A stretch of DNA of 64,000 nucleotides from Dudresnaya verticillata (Eukaryota), in contig OZ374563.1 of the NCBI GenBank assembly GCA_977862235.1, positions 2,480,001 through 2,544,000 of the forward strand, written 5' to 3'. The first letter of the stretch is position 1, and each line of letters opens with the position of its first letter. Positions 1 through 12,097 of this stretch are shown one piece after another. Under the pieces are notes generated by a model that did not search any database, was not told the origin of the DNA, and saw only the letters and a list, made by a program, of their open reading frames with translations. The translations under genes and the position numbers were made by a program.

Positions 1-22
1 TACAGTACGGGGACGATTGCAC

Positions 23-154
23 GGCCCTGGGCCGTGGCACCCAGGGTGCGGCGGGTGTCAATCAACTATACTCAGCCAATAAACGGTGAGTATACTCACC
101 AATTTACCGGGCCACGGGGATCCACGGCGCATATACTCACGCACTGATTGGCTG
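23..154 (+). repeat. Left terminal inverted repeat of the MULE
   Basis: Aligns by eye, with a few mismatches and indels, to the reverse complement of 19844..19967. Contains the palindrome GGTGAGTATACTCACC (85-100) and CTGATTGGCTG (144-154). Confidence 0.9.
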
Positions 155-708
155 TAGGATACTGTAGAGTTCTTCACCATCCCACCAATCGCATCATTCT
201 ATACTCACGGATTCTTACTTGGCAATAGCAGATAGGGTGCCGCTCCATATTCAATCAACACCACACCCGGCGCCGGGTGTGGCGGGTGTACACAGCCGGG
301 ATGAGTATACTCGAACCGTGCGGCGCAGCGTAACGCGTGACGAGCTGACTCTGTAATGAAGACCGACCGACCGCCGCCGACATCGCGCCAAAATTTGGAT
401 CCAGGATCAACATCTTTGATCCGTCGACGGGCAGGCCCCGTCGTTCGTCGACAAGCTGGCCCCGTCGACCGTCGGCGGCCTTATTTGCAGTGGCTCACCC
501 GCCGCGCACCCGCCCGCCCGTTGTGCCACACCCCTCCATCAGCCTGCCCACCACTCTCACCGAGCGCGCACACCCCGTCATCGCGCTCACGTGGGTTCCC
601 ATCGCGCGCCCTCCATCCACCCGCCCACCGCTCTCACCGAGCGCGCCCACAGCGCACACCCCGTCATCGCGCTGACCCATCGATCACCCTTTCCCTCCCT
701 TCGTCACC

Positions 709-3141
709 ATGCAACCTAACTTTCCTTTCAGTCACAACCACAATGCCGGCTCCGGCATCCCGCTCAACCCTCAGGGCATACCACAGTATGTTCCAGCTTC
801 TGTTGCTCAAGGGGCACAATAAGGTGCCCAGATTCCGCTTGGCAGTGCTTTTCCGCTGCACGCTACCGCTGCTGTCCACGTTCCGCAGATGCAAGGCATT
901 CCGATGCAAACAAGCGCAAGCCCAGGTATACAAGTTCAAGGGCCCTCTACTGCACACTATAAAGTCAGCGGTAACATTCCGCAGTTCACGCAGCAGCCGC
1001 AGAACATTCCGCAGTTCTCGCAGCAGCAGAACGTTCCTTATCTCGGGCTTGGTTCTATGCACGCTCCAGGGTTTGCAGGTGCAGGCTTACAAGGTGTAAT
1101 CCTCCCGCAAGTCAGCACGGGATCATCACTACCGATGCCATTGCAAGGAATCACGAGCGGAACCCATACGCTAGTGAACAATGCCGATCTGTCGGCGATT
1201 GTTGCACGCTTGGGCGCAGGCTCTGGCGCTGCTGGCGCTGCTGGCGCCGCTGCTGGCGCCGCGGGCGCCGCCATCGCCCCGGGCGCCCCGGGCGCCGCCC
1301 CGGGCGCTGCTGCCCCGCCTGCTGCAGCTGCGGTGTCCCCAATGCCAGCAGCAGCATCTTCACGGATTGGAGATACGAACGCGGCAGGTGCTCAGCTCTT
1401 TGCAAACAATGCTCACCAGTCGATGGATAAGAAGAACGCGCGTTCCGGCGCCGCTGCTGTGGTTGACTACGAGTCGTTCCCCTTCCGTAATATGTTGGTT
1501 GTGGCAGCGGGCCGCATACAGAAACTGCAAGGTGATGATGGGCGTTTGCGCAATCTGTCCCATCACGAACGAGAGGTTGCCCGTCGCCGAGAGAGAGGTG
1601 CTCTAAAAGACGCGTCGCAGTTGCAGAAGGACTGCTTTCGTGATCAGATCATAGCCATCATTGCTTCTTACCCCCTTCTCGGGGATGGTAAGAGCGATCA
1701 CGAGCCGGCCAAAGACATCATCGATGCTATGAATAACCTTTCTACGAATGGATTTCCGCGGTGGTGGATGGACTATCAGGAGCACTTCCTCAATACGGAG
1801 TCGTTCAGATGGAAGTTCAGCTGGGTTTACCAGCAGTATCGACTGGAGGCGCTGGACTGCCTCCGTCATGTTCGCTTTCTGCATTGGGCACGGAAGTGCA
1901 TGGAGGAAAGTGAGACACAAGAAGAGCTTCACAAGCAGATCCGAGCTTCCCGATTGCAGCGTGAGAAGTTAATCGCGTTTGGTAATGCAGAGCAGACGCA
2001 CAAGGCCATTGCACCGCTGACGCATGATCAGGCCATGGAGTATTTGGGGCTTCCAGGCCCAAACAAGATGCACAGAGACAACGCGGACTTGGGTGTTGGA
2101 AGTGGTGGTCGTGGCGGCGGGCGCGGATTTGGACGCGGCTTTGGACGCGGAGGTGGGCACGGAGGTGGGCGCGGAGGTGGACGCGGAGGTGGACGCGGGG
2201 GTGGTTATGGTGGGCGAGGTGGCCACAGCGATGATCGAGGAGGAAACTGGAATGATCATGGGAATGGCGGCTGGCTTGGGGGAGGGCGCGGACGTGGTTT
2301 CGGGCGAGAAGGAAATGCGCCCCCGCCTCGTGCTGATGGTCTCGTACCATATCAAGGTCGTGGTGACCCTTTCCCGCTTTGGAATCGTCGCTTACCGTCT
2401 CCTCAGCCCGGAGAACGTCGCAGAAACAACCTTCCGCCGCACGTTACACCTCCTGCAGCCCGGGCCGGCCAAGCGGCCGCAGCCCGCGCTTACCAAGCAG
2501 CTGCAGTCCGTGCTCTAGATGGAGGGGCAAGGGTCCTCGCCGGAGAAGGAGCAACCGCCCCTGCTGGGAAAGGTGCCGCCCCAGCTGCGCCCGCCCCAGC
2601 TGCGCCCGCCCCAGCTGCGTCCGCCCCAGCTGCGCCCACCCCAGCTGCTCCCGCCCCAGCTGCGCCCGCCCCAGCTGCTCCCGCCCCACCTGCGCCCGCC
2701 CCAAGTACTCCAGTCCCACAAGCTACCGCAGTCGGCGTTGTTCACACCGCTCAAGCAAGTGTGCTTCAAGTTACTACTGGTATAGCTGCTCCCCTCGCTG
2801 CGGATACCGCTATCCCGCAATTGAGAATTGGTGATTGGACACCTCCACCAGAGCTCGTCGCTGCTCTTCTTGCTGCAGCTGCTAAGGCCTCCCCTAAGGT
2901 TGGGGGCCCTGCCGCAGCGGCTGTGCCCGCGGTGCCAAGCTCTCAGTCTGCTCCAGAGGCTTCAAGAGATAATGCGCCGGCCACTGCCGCGCCTGCGCCT
3001 GACTCTGCGGTGGCCTCCTCTACACCGGCGCATCAAGGTGCTGCGGAACAGAGCGTAATTAAGGGCGCCGGGAGCGAGGCTGCTCAATCTGTGCCGGCAC
3101 CTGTCGCACCGCACGAACATGCGCCGGCGGTTGCCGCGTAA
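709..3141 (+). CDS. MULE cargo ORF of unknown function (Gln/Ala-rich N-terminus, ~200-aa helical-looking core, RGG tract, PAAPA repeats); probable premature stop at 820-822
   Basis: 750-aa ORF 889..3141. An in-frame ATG at 709 reads open to a single TAA at 820-822, with the same Q/G/P composition on both sides. Lies inside the TIRs. Confidence 0.6.
2575..2705 (+). repeat. 15-bp coding tandem repeat (CCAGCTGCGCCCGCC; PAAPA x ~8)
   Basis: Directly visible imperfect tandem copies. Confidence 0.9.
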
Positions 3142-3570
3142 TCGCGAGTTATCGCGCCGGCTGATGTCGCGCCAGTAAGCGATGAGATGGGGCGCGCGGA
3201 TCCTATGGATGTCAACGAGCCATCGGCCCCGTAATCAATAGTCCCCTCAACCACGCCATCCAGTGGTACTGCTGGGCAGATGTAAGACTCTACCCGGAAG
3301 ACGTCAGCGGCAGGGCCCGACGTGGGGCCTACAAGCGGTACAGGGATTGAGAAAGAGGGTCACAACAACGGGGGCACTGAGGCCCCGGACCTGAGCCCCC
3401 TGGGGTTAAGACGCGTTCTCGCCGCACTAACTCGAAGCAGTAATCGCGAATGTAGTAGTACAAAACTCTGGAGTTATCAAATCTTTGCAAAGCTTATCAT
3501 GATAAGTGAGAGGGCCATCGATGGATCGAGATGTAGATACCCATGGGTGCAGCCCATGCGCTACAGCGTA

Positions 3571-6500
3571 TTATTGTTTGTTACTAAATTGGGGTGCGTT
3601 GCCATTACCGTCATTACCACGCCTCCTTCGACGAGGAGGCTCCATGGAGGACCTGATGCGCTTCACGCCGCGCCCTCTAAGTCCAGAGACCAGGTTTGGA
3701 TTTCGGACTTGGAAGTCTCCGTGGCCCCTAATTTCAATCTCCCTAACCATCAAAGGTTGTAACCCAGCTCTCTGTGGTGCGCTGTAATGCATGGCAGCGG
3801 GCCGGCTTCCCCGAGGAGGGCGATTTCGCACTGTTTGTGACGAATGCAAGCCCACACGATTAGTATAGCTTGGGGACCTGCCCTCTCTCAACAGGTCTAG
3901 GCCATGTTGCAAGTATAGCATGAAGTCCCTAACCCTTTCCTCTCCTCCATTTGATGCCAATCGATGCATCTCTTTACAGAGGCTTGAAGCACCAGCCCAA
4001 GTTGCCTGAAGCGTAACCTCGGACTGTACAACTCGCTGCTGTCGTTGTACTTCATCCTCCGCCTCATCGGCACCTACGACTTGACGCCCAACTACCTGTA
4101 CTCTCCTAGTACCACGGATGTTGTCACTGACTGCGTCGAGAGTTGCCCCAACTTCTGTGCTCAATCCGTTGTCCCTTCTCCAGTTGTCCAGCAGCACATT
4201 CCTTTCAGCTTGAATGTCATTCTGTGTGCGTTTTGAGTCGTCAAGGAACCAATACGAGTGAAATAGAAGTTCGATCGGCACTACGGATCCTATCAGTCTC
4301 GTAATAGACGGAACAAGAGCTCTGGTCTCGTCATAGACGGCGGCGACCCTGACCATGTGCGGGCATGGGAATACCGCACTGTTTGAAAACCTGCAAGTAC
4401 AGCTATATCTGTACCCAAGATCGTCACTGTCGAAGAAAACAACTTCGTAGCTGACGCTGTACGAAACAAGAGGATGGTCTTCTTCCATCGTGGAAAGGGC
4501 AGATGCAAGCTCCCCTACGTCATCAAAATCATTCACGGTATGGTCTTGCTGCGTGCTTGCTGGAGGACCTGTAACATTTCCGGGCGCTGCGGCTGCAACC
4601 GCAACGATCGGAGCGGTGCTACCCTCCACCTCCCCCCACTCTCGCCTTCCATGAAATCCTCCGCCTCCCCTACATCACCGACAGCTCTTGATCCGCGACC
4701 GAGTCTCCGGCTAATATCCATGAAAGCTGAATAGAAATGTGTTGAAGGCTGACTGCGTGTTTGTGAAGGCGGGGCAGGCGCGCTCGAAGGATTCGATACG
4801 TGACGTGTACGCCTGGAAAATGGCATGGTTGGGTTGGAAACATTGCGACGCCAACCAACACGGAAGACAGCCACGTCACATTCCCCAGTTGGCGATGTGC
4901 GACTGCCCGGTTGCATACCTATTTCAGTGAGATTCCTTCTCTCTGTGCAAGACTCTAACACAGTGAATTCCGTGGATTTGATCACGCTTAGTTTGTGGAA
5001 CATGTCGCGGGCATACTTCGTGTATGTCTTACAAACGTTTGCTGCCGTCTCGCTCGACATTCCGCAAGTAGTTGAGAACTTCGCAGCATATGCAGGGGAT
5101 CGCTTCTTAACCCTTTCATAAGCCCTCACATCCCTCCTCTTCTCCGTTACTCGGCGCGTAAGCAGTGGTACTATCTCCATTGCAACCTTCTTACCACGAC
5201 TTCTCGGTACTCAGAGTTGGATGCCTCGGTATATCCGCTGCCCTGGAACAGAAACCGCGGATTGCAAGCACTCTTATTGTAACAATCGATAAGAGTGGAT
5301 GCCTCGGTGTAGTAGAGGTAGTTGAACCACTTCGGATTTGGAATTCGATATGCCGTGAAATGCTTCGCTTCGAACATCGATCTTCTCTCCAGGAACTTTT
5401 CCGTGGTAGAAGACCTTATGAGAACGAACAATTCCGCCGTCATCTCATGGAATCTATTTGGCTTTCGCACGCATTGCAGATAGCACATCACGTTTCGGCT
5501 TTGGTTCTGGTTCAAGTGCCATTCGTCTAGGGTCACATAAGAAGATCTGAGGACACTCCGGCAAGCAAGCATACACGAAGCACTCTGGTCCATTGCCACC
5601 ATGGCCGGCATTGCGACGTAGCAGTCCTTAAATTTTTGGAATAGCCAAGAAAAACTTTCTGTCGTCTCATCCGATAGAAAGCTCATCATGGCTGTAAACA
5701 CTCTACCGCAGTTAGTACGACCATTTACTGTGACGAGGTTCATCATAAATTCATTTCCTTTCGCTTTGCAATCGATGCATACTCCTGGCAGCACTCCAAA
5801 ACAGTAGTAGTCAGCTTTCCACTCCGAGAAGCACCAAACGACGGCATGAAGTGCCCCGTCTTCGTGCCATTGCAAAACTTGACAGTACCCCCGACATCCT
5901 CGTTACGGATATTCATGAGGTTCTGAACTAGCCGTTGAGCAGCCTCCTCTTTTGGAAGACCGTGAGTATTGTGACGCGCCAACTGTTTTAGAAGGACTCG
6001 ACTGTCGCAAGAGAATCCGTACTTGCGTTCAAGAAAGCGAACTACGTCTGCAAACGCAACGAAGCTTTTGTTGTGCAACTCATCAGCTTCTCTGAATACA
6101 TGCGATGGAAGTCGTTTGCGCAGATTGATAACTTCCGGGTCGTGGTTGTGAGGGTCAGGGGAAAAGGATATATAGTACTTGCGGCTTTTAGAGGTGATAA
6201 CATCCCCTTCACCCTCTACAGCGCTTGTCACGAGGGCACTTGAAATACGAATGTGAAAGTTACAGTCTTCCGTAGGATATTCAAAGCTGGCCCTCAGTAG
6301 TGGTCCGTTCCCTGCACTAGTTCCCTTTCCGTACTCAGACCTGTTGACGACCATGTCCAATCCGAAGCTCTCACATACATGGAGGATTCCAGTTCTGACA
6401 TCTCCCCCAGTGGTATGCGAATGTATTTGATCCACAAATGATTGAAGGGTCATCTGCATGTCTCCAGTAGGGTTGTTAAGTGCCTCAAATCCCAGCACGT

Positions 6501-7686
6501 CTTTAAACTCGTCTTCACGCGGCGCACGAGAATCCCGTCCTGAACCCATAGCACTGGCATTCACGATATCAGAGCCGCTATCAGCCGGACTGCGAATCGT
6601 GGAGCTGCCTATCTCTTCATTGCTTGACCCTTCAATCCAATCCATTACAGCTGCTCCTGCTGCCCTCATTGCTTGTCGAGTTCCACAATCATTTTTCCGA
6701 TTTTTTGGTGGCGCAAGCGGTCGAGAGGGCAAACTGCAGCTACCTGACGGACCACTCGACGGCGCAAATGAAGATTCTGGTGGGCTAGACGTAGTAGTCC
6801 AACAGGAGGGGGACATTAGAATTTTTGCGGGACTGGGCTTCGCAGCTGCCGAGGGCACGATCTGCAAGGTTCTCACGCAGCAATTTGGATAACAGTTTGT
6901 CCCCGCGATACTCGGAAATATTGCGATCGTAATAATACCGAGAGGTGTTGGTCTCGCCAGAATGATTATGCCCGGCATGAACATCGGGCAGCGGCGAAAA
7001 ACATCCCAACCAGTACCATCCACCCTCCTATCACAGACGAAAGAAACGGGACACTTGCCATGGCCAGCGTGCGGCGTTCCTTGTCTCAAGCATCTAAACC
7101 GGACCTTCCAATCGTGGTATTCGTCGCCACTTTTGACAGGCCTCACGTAGTTCTTTGTGAACACGAATCCATGGCGGGCGAAGCTTGCTGCATACTCAGT
7201 ACAATCACTGACTCGTCGAATGAAGTGCGTTTTCCTTCGTGTGGGTAACACCGCATCACGGGGTCGGCAATCGCGAGACCGGGGTAGGTGAACCATGGGG
7301 CGTGTGAGCACCACTGCACCAGCGTTCGGTGCTGTGACAGAGTAGTGGGGAGCAACATATCGTTGCGGGTGTGCTGGCGGGTTTTCCGCTGCCTGAGCAG
7401 GCACCGAGTCTGTAAATACGCTGCTCGTTTTGGAAGCACTGTGAGATGGGGATTCGGCTGCCTCCTGCGCCTCTGTGTTGTGGTGCAAGGGGAGGTGAGC
7501 CCCTTTTTCGCTGAAAGCGGGCAGCAACAAATACGTCGACCGACGGAGAAACCGACACCGGCGCTCACCACCGCCGTTGGCGCGCGAACACGTCATCGAC
7601 GGCTCACTGGGGCGCGCGCGCACACTGCGCGCCGCGCGCCACGCGGGCACTGTACGGTGATGGGCCGACGTTGCGCCCCGGGGCAC
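3571..7686 (-). pseudogene. MULE (MuDR/FAR1-type) transposase split over several frames by frameshifts
   Basis: N-terminal FAR1/WRKY-like Zn modules (FRCLRQG..KCP..HNH; DCNFHIR..HNHD). MULE core in 5171..5875 (CIDCKAKGN..FLSDETTESFSWLF..AMDQS..EWH..YTEASNS). SWIM finger CTC-x7-CPH in 3571..4629. Frame changes near 7000, 5875, 5180 and ~4550; some could be introns. Confidence 0.85.
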
Positions 7687-8598
7687 TGTAATACGGATCC
7701 AGATGGGATCCGGATCCGGTATCCAGATTGGCTATCTGGATCGCCTGAGCTGTAAGGTACGCGCCTGTAAGGCTGCGGGTGTTCCCATTGCTGGCCCGAT
7801 GCGGATGGGATCGGGATCGGACAAGTATCGGATTAGATTCAAGGCGCACGCTGTACAGTACACGCGCGCGCACGGCTGTAAGGCACACTCGTCCACGTGT
7901 GTGTGTAAGCACCCACACAGGGTGTTGCACGGCAACCTGTCAGGCGCGCGGCTGCATGCGATGGGTGATCTGTCAGACGCGCCTCGGGACGACACGTGTC
8001 CCGAGTTCCCGCGCTACGCACACGCACCGCCCCCGCCGCACCGCCGTACTATACTTAGGTAAGCCGTCCCAGACGTAGCAGTAAACGCCCGGGCAAGCCG
8101 ACCTTGGTCCAGATTTCCCCATTCCGCACGCGCGTATCCTACCGCTGCCTACGGTTCAAGCGTCTAACTCCCGTGCTTCCACGTCTATCACCGTCCTTGA
8201 CGTGTTTCCTTTCTGCTCCCTTTTTCCTTCCTTTCCGCCTCGGGCGTTTACAGTCCGCCCAAGGCGAGGCTGCTCACCGCCACGGGCGCAGGTACCCACC
8301 GAGCCCCGAACTGCTCGGCGGTATAAAGTCCTCAGACGTTTGCACCACATGTGTCTTGTCGAGCTCTCTGGGCGGCAGCTCGAGCTTTTGCAATTAGCTC
8401 TCGCATGGACTCGAGTTCATCCGATGACATTTCTGCAAGCTCGTTTGTCTCATCCAATTCAGAATCACATCGCCGCGATGAAGAAAAGGAACTACTGCCG
8501 CTATCCAGCCTTGGGCATCGCTTAGCAGAACTAGGACTGCGCCGCGAGGTGGGAAGAGCTTGAAAACTATAAGATGTATTTCTAAACAATGCTCCGCG

Positions 8599-8868
8599 CT
8601 ATCCCAGCGAGATCGGTTTCGGAATTGGCAAAGATGTCCTATTCTTTGCATCGTGGGTAGCTTCGGGGGCCCTAGTCCTAATGGACTTGCTGGGTATCAA
8701 AGGTGGTGACTCGCTGCAATCAAGCGTGACCACAGCAAGCGGTCCCCGCAGTGGGCTTCTCGCAAACGGAAACACCCAGTTTTCCCTTATCAGTGCGTGC
8801 ATGGTCTTCTCCATCTTCTTCATATGCACACCGCCAAGTCTCTGCACTGCTTCCTTCGATCGCCGGGC
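8599..8868 (-). pseudogene. 3' part of the MULE Ulp1-like gene, cut off by the LTR retrotransposon insertion
   Basis: Removing the retrotransposon and one TSD joins ...NACIRIM (18723) in frame to ARRSKEAVQRLGG... (8868). Confidence 0.8.
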
Positions 8869-8873
8869 CATAA

Positions 8874-9392
8874 TGTAAGGAAGTGCCTTTTAGGTCTCTT
8901 GTGAACTCAAAGAGTGCACTCAATGAGAAAGCCACAGAACGGGTACCTGGTAGCGGTGGTAGAGCGGGAGGAACCCAGAGGGTAGACGAGGGCACGTAAC
9001 CTGACTGGGAGCACGATACTGAAGGTAGTTCACTGGGCGGGCGGTTAACCGGGCACGGGTGACAAGTGTGCTGCGGTGCCGATAGCTTGGAGACGTAGTT
9101 GGGGCCGGAAGGTGCTTGCCTTTACTGTTCAGTGACCGCTACGGGAGATACCCTTATATGGTACTCCGACTGTCAGGCAGCACCCCTCATACTGGGCTAT
9201 ATACACGCCCCCTATCCTAAGCTATAATTTCTAAAATAAATAGACAGATACTAAGCTACTGACCTGCAGGGTGACACTTGGACCAATCATAGGCTACCCA
9301 TCTTGTCCCTGCTGGCGCCCTATAGGTAATGCTATTTTCGAGCATACACGCGGGCAGAGGGCCCACTTCTGTAAGCCCTTCACTGTATTACA
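8874..9392 (-). repeat. 3' LTR (519 bp)
   Basis: TGTAAGGAAG...TGTATTACA; direct repeat of 18204..18722 with about 5 substitutions by eye. Confidence 0.97.
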
Positions 9393-9405
9393 GAGCTCCC
9401 CCCGA
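9393..9405 (-). other. Polypurine tract candidate
   Basis: Minus strand reads ...CTCGGGGGGAGCTC immediately before the 3' LTR. Confidence 0.55.
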
Positions 9406-9577
9406 GATTGTGGCCCGTCCTCGGGACGCCAGGGCAGCCTGCACGTGTTTCGCGCGAAATCATAACCGTTTGGTATCCAGACGGCTCGACGCCCATGACC
9501 GTCGTCGGCCGGCAATCGATCCCGTGTGCAGCAGTACTTCTCATCCGCAGCAGCATTACCTCAAAGGGTTTTCCAAC

Positions 9578-11806
9578 ATGGTCCCACGTCAACCGCAACC
9601 AACACCACGCCGCTCTCCACCCCGTCGCTGTCGTTTCTCCAACCCTGACGTTGTGTTTCCAGAAACGCCTTGCGTAAGCCGCGGAGGTTACTACGCCGCC
9701 ATGGCCCAGTCTTCCCCCGTGGGTGGCCACGGAGGTTTGTCGGCCTTTTCCAATCAGGAGGTGCTGGAGCAGTTTCCACTTCAAGGTTACCTTGTGGATA
9801 CCCATCCGGACACTTACCGCTTCCGGGCGATCCCCGAGGGTAAGCGCGAGAACCAGTGGGTTGCGCGTTTGCGTCACTGTCCGCCGAGCGTCCTCATTCC
9901 GAACCACTACGGTAGTGACCTCAAGTGGCTTCGTGTCGGGTTTGAAGAAGACTACGTCCCCTCGCTCTACCGTTTCCTTGAGGGTAACCAGTCGGTGAAC
10001 GAAATCAAGTTGCTTCCTGAGTCACTCCTGGAGTCTAAGCCTTTTCCCGACCTGTGGTGGCTGACCGAGCGGTGGGCGGTGGATATTTGGACGGAGACTC
10101 GTATTCGCAACCGTACCGATGGTCTCCTAGCGGGGTTTCACAACGTCGAAACGTGGAATATCCCCATGGGTCGGCGTCATGATTACTATGTGAAGAAACC
10201 CAGCTGGTGGCACGCCATCGAAGGTCCGCGCTCCTTGCCGTCGTTAACTCCGGGAGTGTTGGCATACTTCGGCGCCCATGCGCGTGACTCTGCGGCGAAG
10301 TGGTATTACCCAGTGTGGTCAATCGCCAAAACCGAACAGGTACTCCACGTAGCGCTGGCCTTTCTTCAGGCAGCCTACTTTGGCATGTGGGACTCTACGC
10401 CCTATACCGAAGCGGGTTATCATGCCCAAGATGGTCTACCGGATGGTCGTCTCTTCCGCTTGTCCAAGACACTCATCGAGTACATTCGCACCCTCGGGGT
10501 TGACCTCATCTGTGGGGGTAGTACCTTTGCGGGTGACGACTTGGCGGGACTACTAACCGCATCGGAAACCTTCAAGTGGGCCGCCGGCGAGGTTTGGGTT
10601 GCGTATGACCCCGAGGTTTCCGAGGCGGTGGACTGATTTGGTAGGCGACATAACGTTGATAACCGTCCTGGTCCGCCTCTCTACTCCTTTGGGGAGGCAG
10701 AGGACATGGGTCGTGGCTGGGGTTACATGGGGCCGAACTCGGAGAGAAACCAAGTGGTCGACGATGATGAGACGCCCGCCTGCAGTGGTTACCCCGATAG
10801 GGCGCGAGCAGCGTCAGGACCTGTGACTCCAGCGAGGACCGCGCGCCTGGGTCTGGGGGCGCGTCCAGGGACTCCAAAGCCACGAGCGGCACCGGGGACA
10901 GTAACGCAAATGCGTGAGGCGCGTCCGGCGACACCCGCACGGGCAACCTCCACTGGCATACCCCCGATGGTCACTCCCGAAGCAGCGGCTCGACAAGTTA
11001 ACCCATTGGCTTCACCGGGTGGTCACTCTGGTGCAGCGTCAGCCCCAACTGGAACGACCCTATCTGCCTCGGGTCACCTTAAATTTGGTCGACTTCAAGA
11101 GGCGTGCCGCGCTGCGAAAATCCCGATACCGGCAACCGTAGAGGATGCTCTGGAGGCCGCTCGGGAGTGGGTGTCGAAGGAGGCCCTCCTGACTTGGCTA
11201 CTCCGGGAGGTGGCCCAGATGGGGAACTTCCAAGTGAACCAACTGGGTACCCATATGGCGACGATGGACCGTTTGGGGACCGAAGTGGCAAATGTTAGGG
11301 CGTCTCTTGCGAGCATGGCGGCGGCGATGCCGCAGAACTCCACGAGTTTCGTCACTTCCTGTAACAAGTTCACCCGGGAGGTCTTACGCAAGAGCGATCT
11401 TCAGCCGAAGCCTCCCGCTCGTGGCGCGACCGATTCGCTTACCCAAGTGGTGAACTATCAACCGGGTGACCCTTTGGCTCTGGCGTCGCCGGGGCCGGTT
11501 CAGGGAGCTGAGCGGCAATCCGCTGCTGCGGCGGATATTACCAACATGGTTGTGGGGGGGCCGCTTAAGGAGACTCCAGCTGGCTCCTCTACCTATCAGG
11601 TGACGCAGCCTCTTCCTGCCGGGGTCACTACCAGTGTGGCTACTCCCGTGGAGGCAGGGAATCGAGCGACGCTGCCCGAAGCGACTCCTAGAGTTACCAC
11701 GTCTGCGGAGACTCGTAGGGCGTCTCCTTTCCAACCCCGTCGCCTTGCGTCTTCTCGTTCGGGCGACTTTGAGGAGTCGGTTGGGAAACGTTCCCGTTAC
11801 CAGTAG
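9578..11806 (+). CDS. Extra antisense ORF of the retrotransposon, ~742 codons with one internal TGA (10634-10636); unknown function
   Basis: ORFs 9329..10636 and 10706..11806 share a frame, and the 69 nt between them has no other stop. AATAAA at 11850-11855 follows the final stop. Confidence 0.65.
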
Positions 11807-12097
11807 GTAATCTGATTAGATGAGCCTCAAGGGTGACCTGACGAGTGCCAATAAAATATCTTCTGTCTTGTTCTATCTCCCTGTGTGGCTGTCCTTTGTC
11901 TTGGTTTCTGTGAGAGTACAGTGTACTGTAGGCAAGTAGCGTAGAATAAATAGAAAAAGTGCAGAGGGGGTAGGACCTAGTGCCGATTCATTTGACTCCA
12001 TGAGATAACGCCGTCGCGAAGCCTTTTGATTGGGTGGCGCTGACTCTCTGAGTGACGTTTCGCGATGTGTACTTTGGGGTCCGCGAAAATCCATGAC

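Noticed and set aside
2444..2834. Alternative-frame ORFs with QLGRA, SWGGR and RPSCA repeats (including WG motifs resembling Argonaute hooks)
   Set aside because: They are shadow frames of the 15-bp PAAPA repeat in the 889..3141 ORF, and nothing supports independent coding.
9271..9515. Short ORFs duplicated at 9271 and 18601
   Set aside because: They arise from the identical LTR sequence and are not genes.
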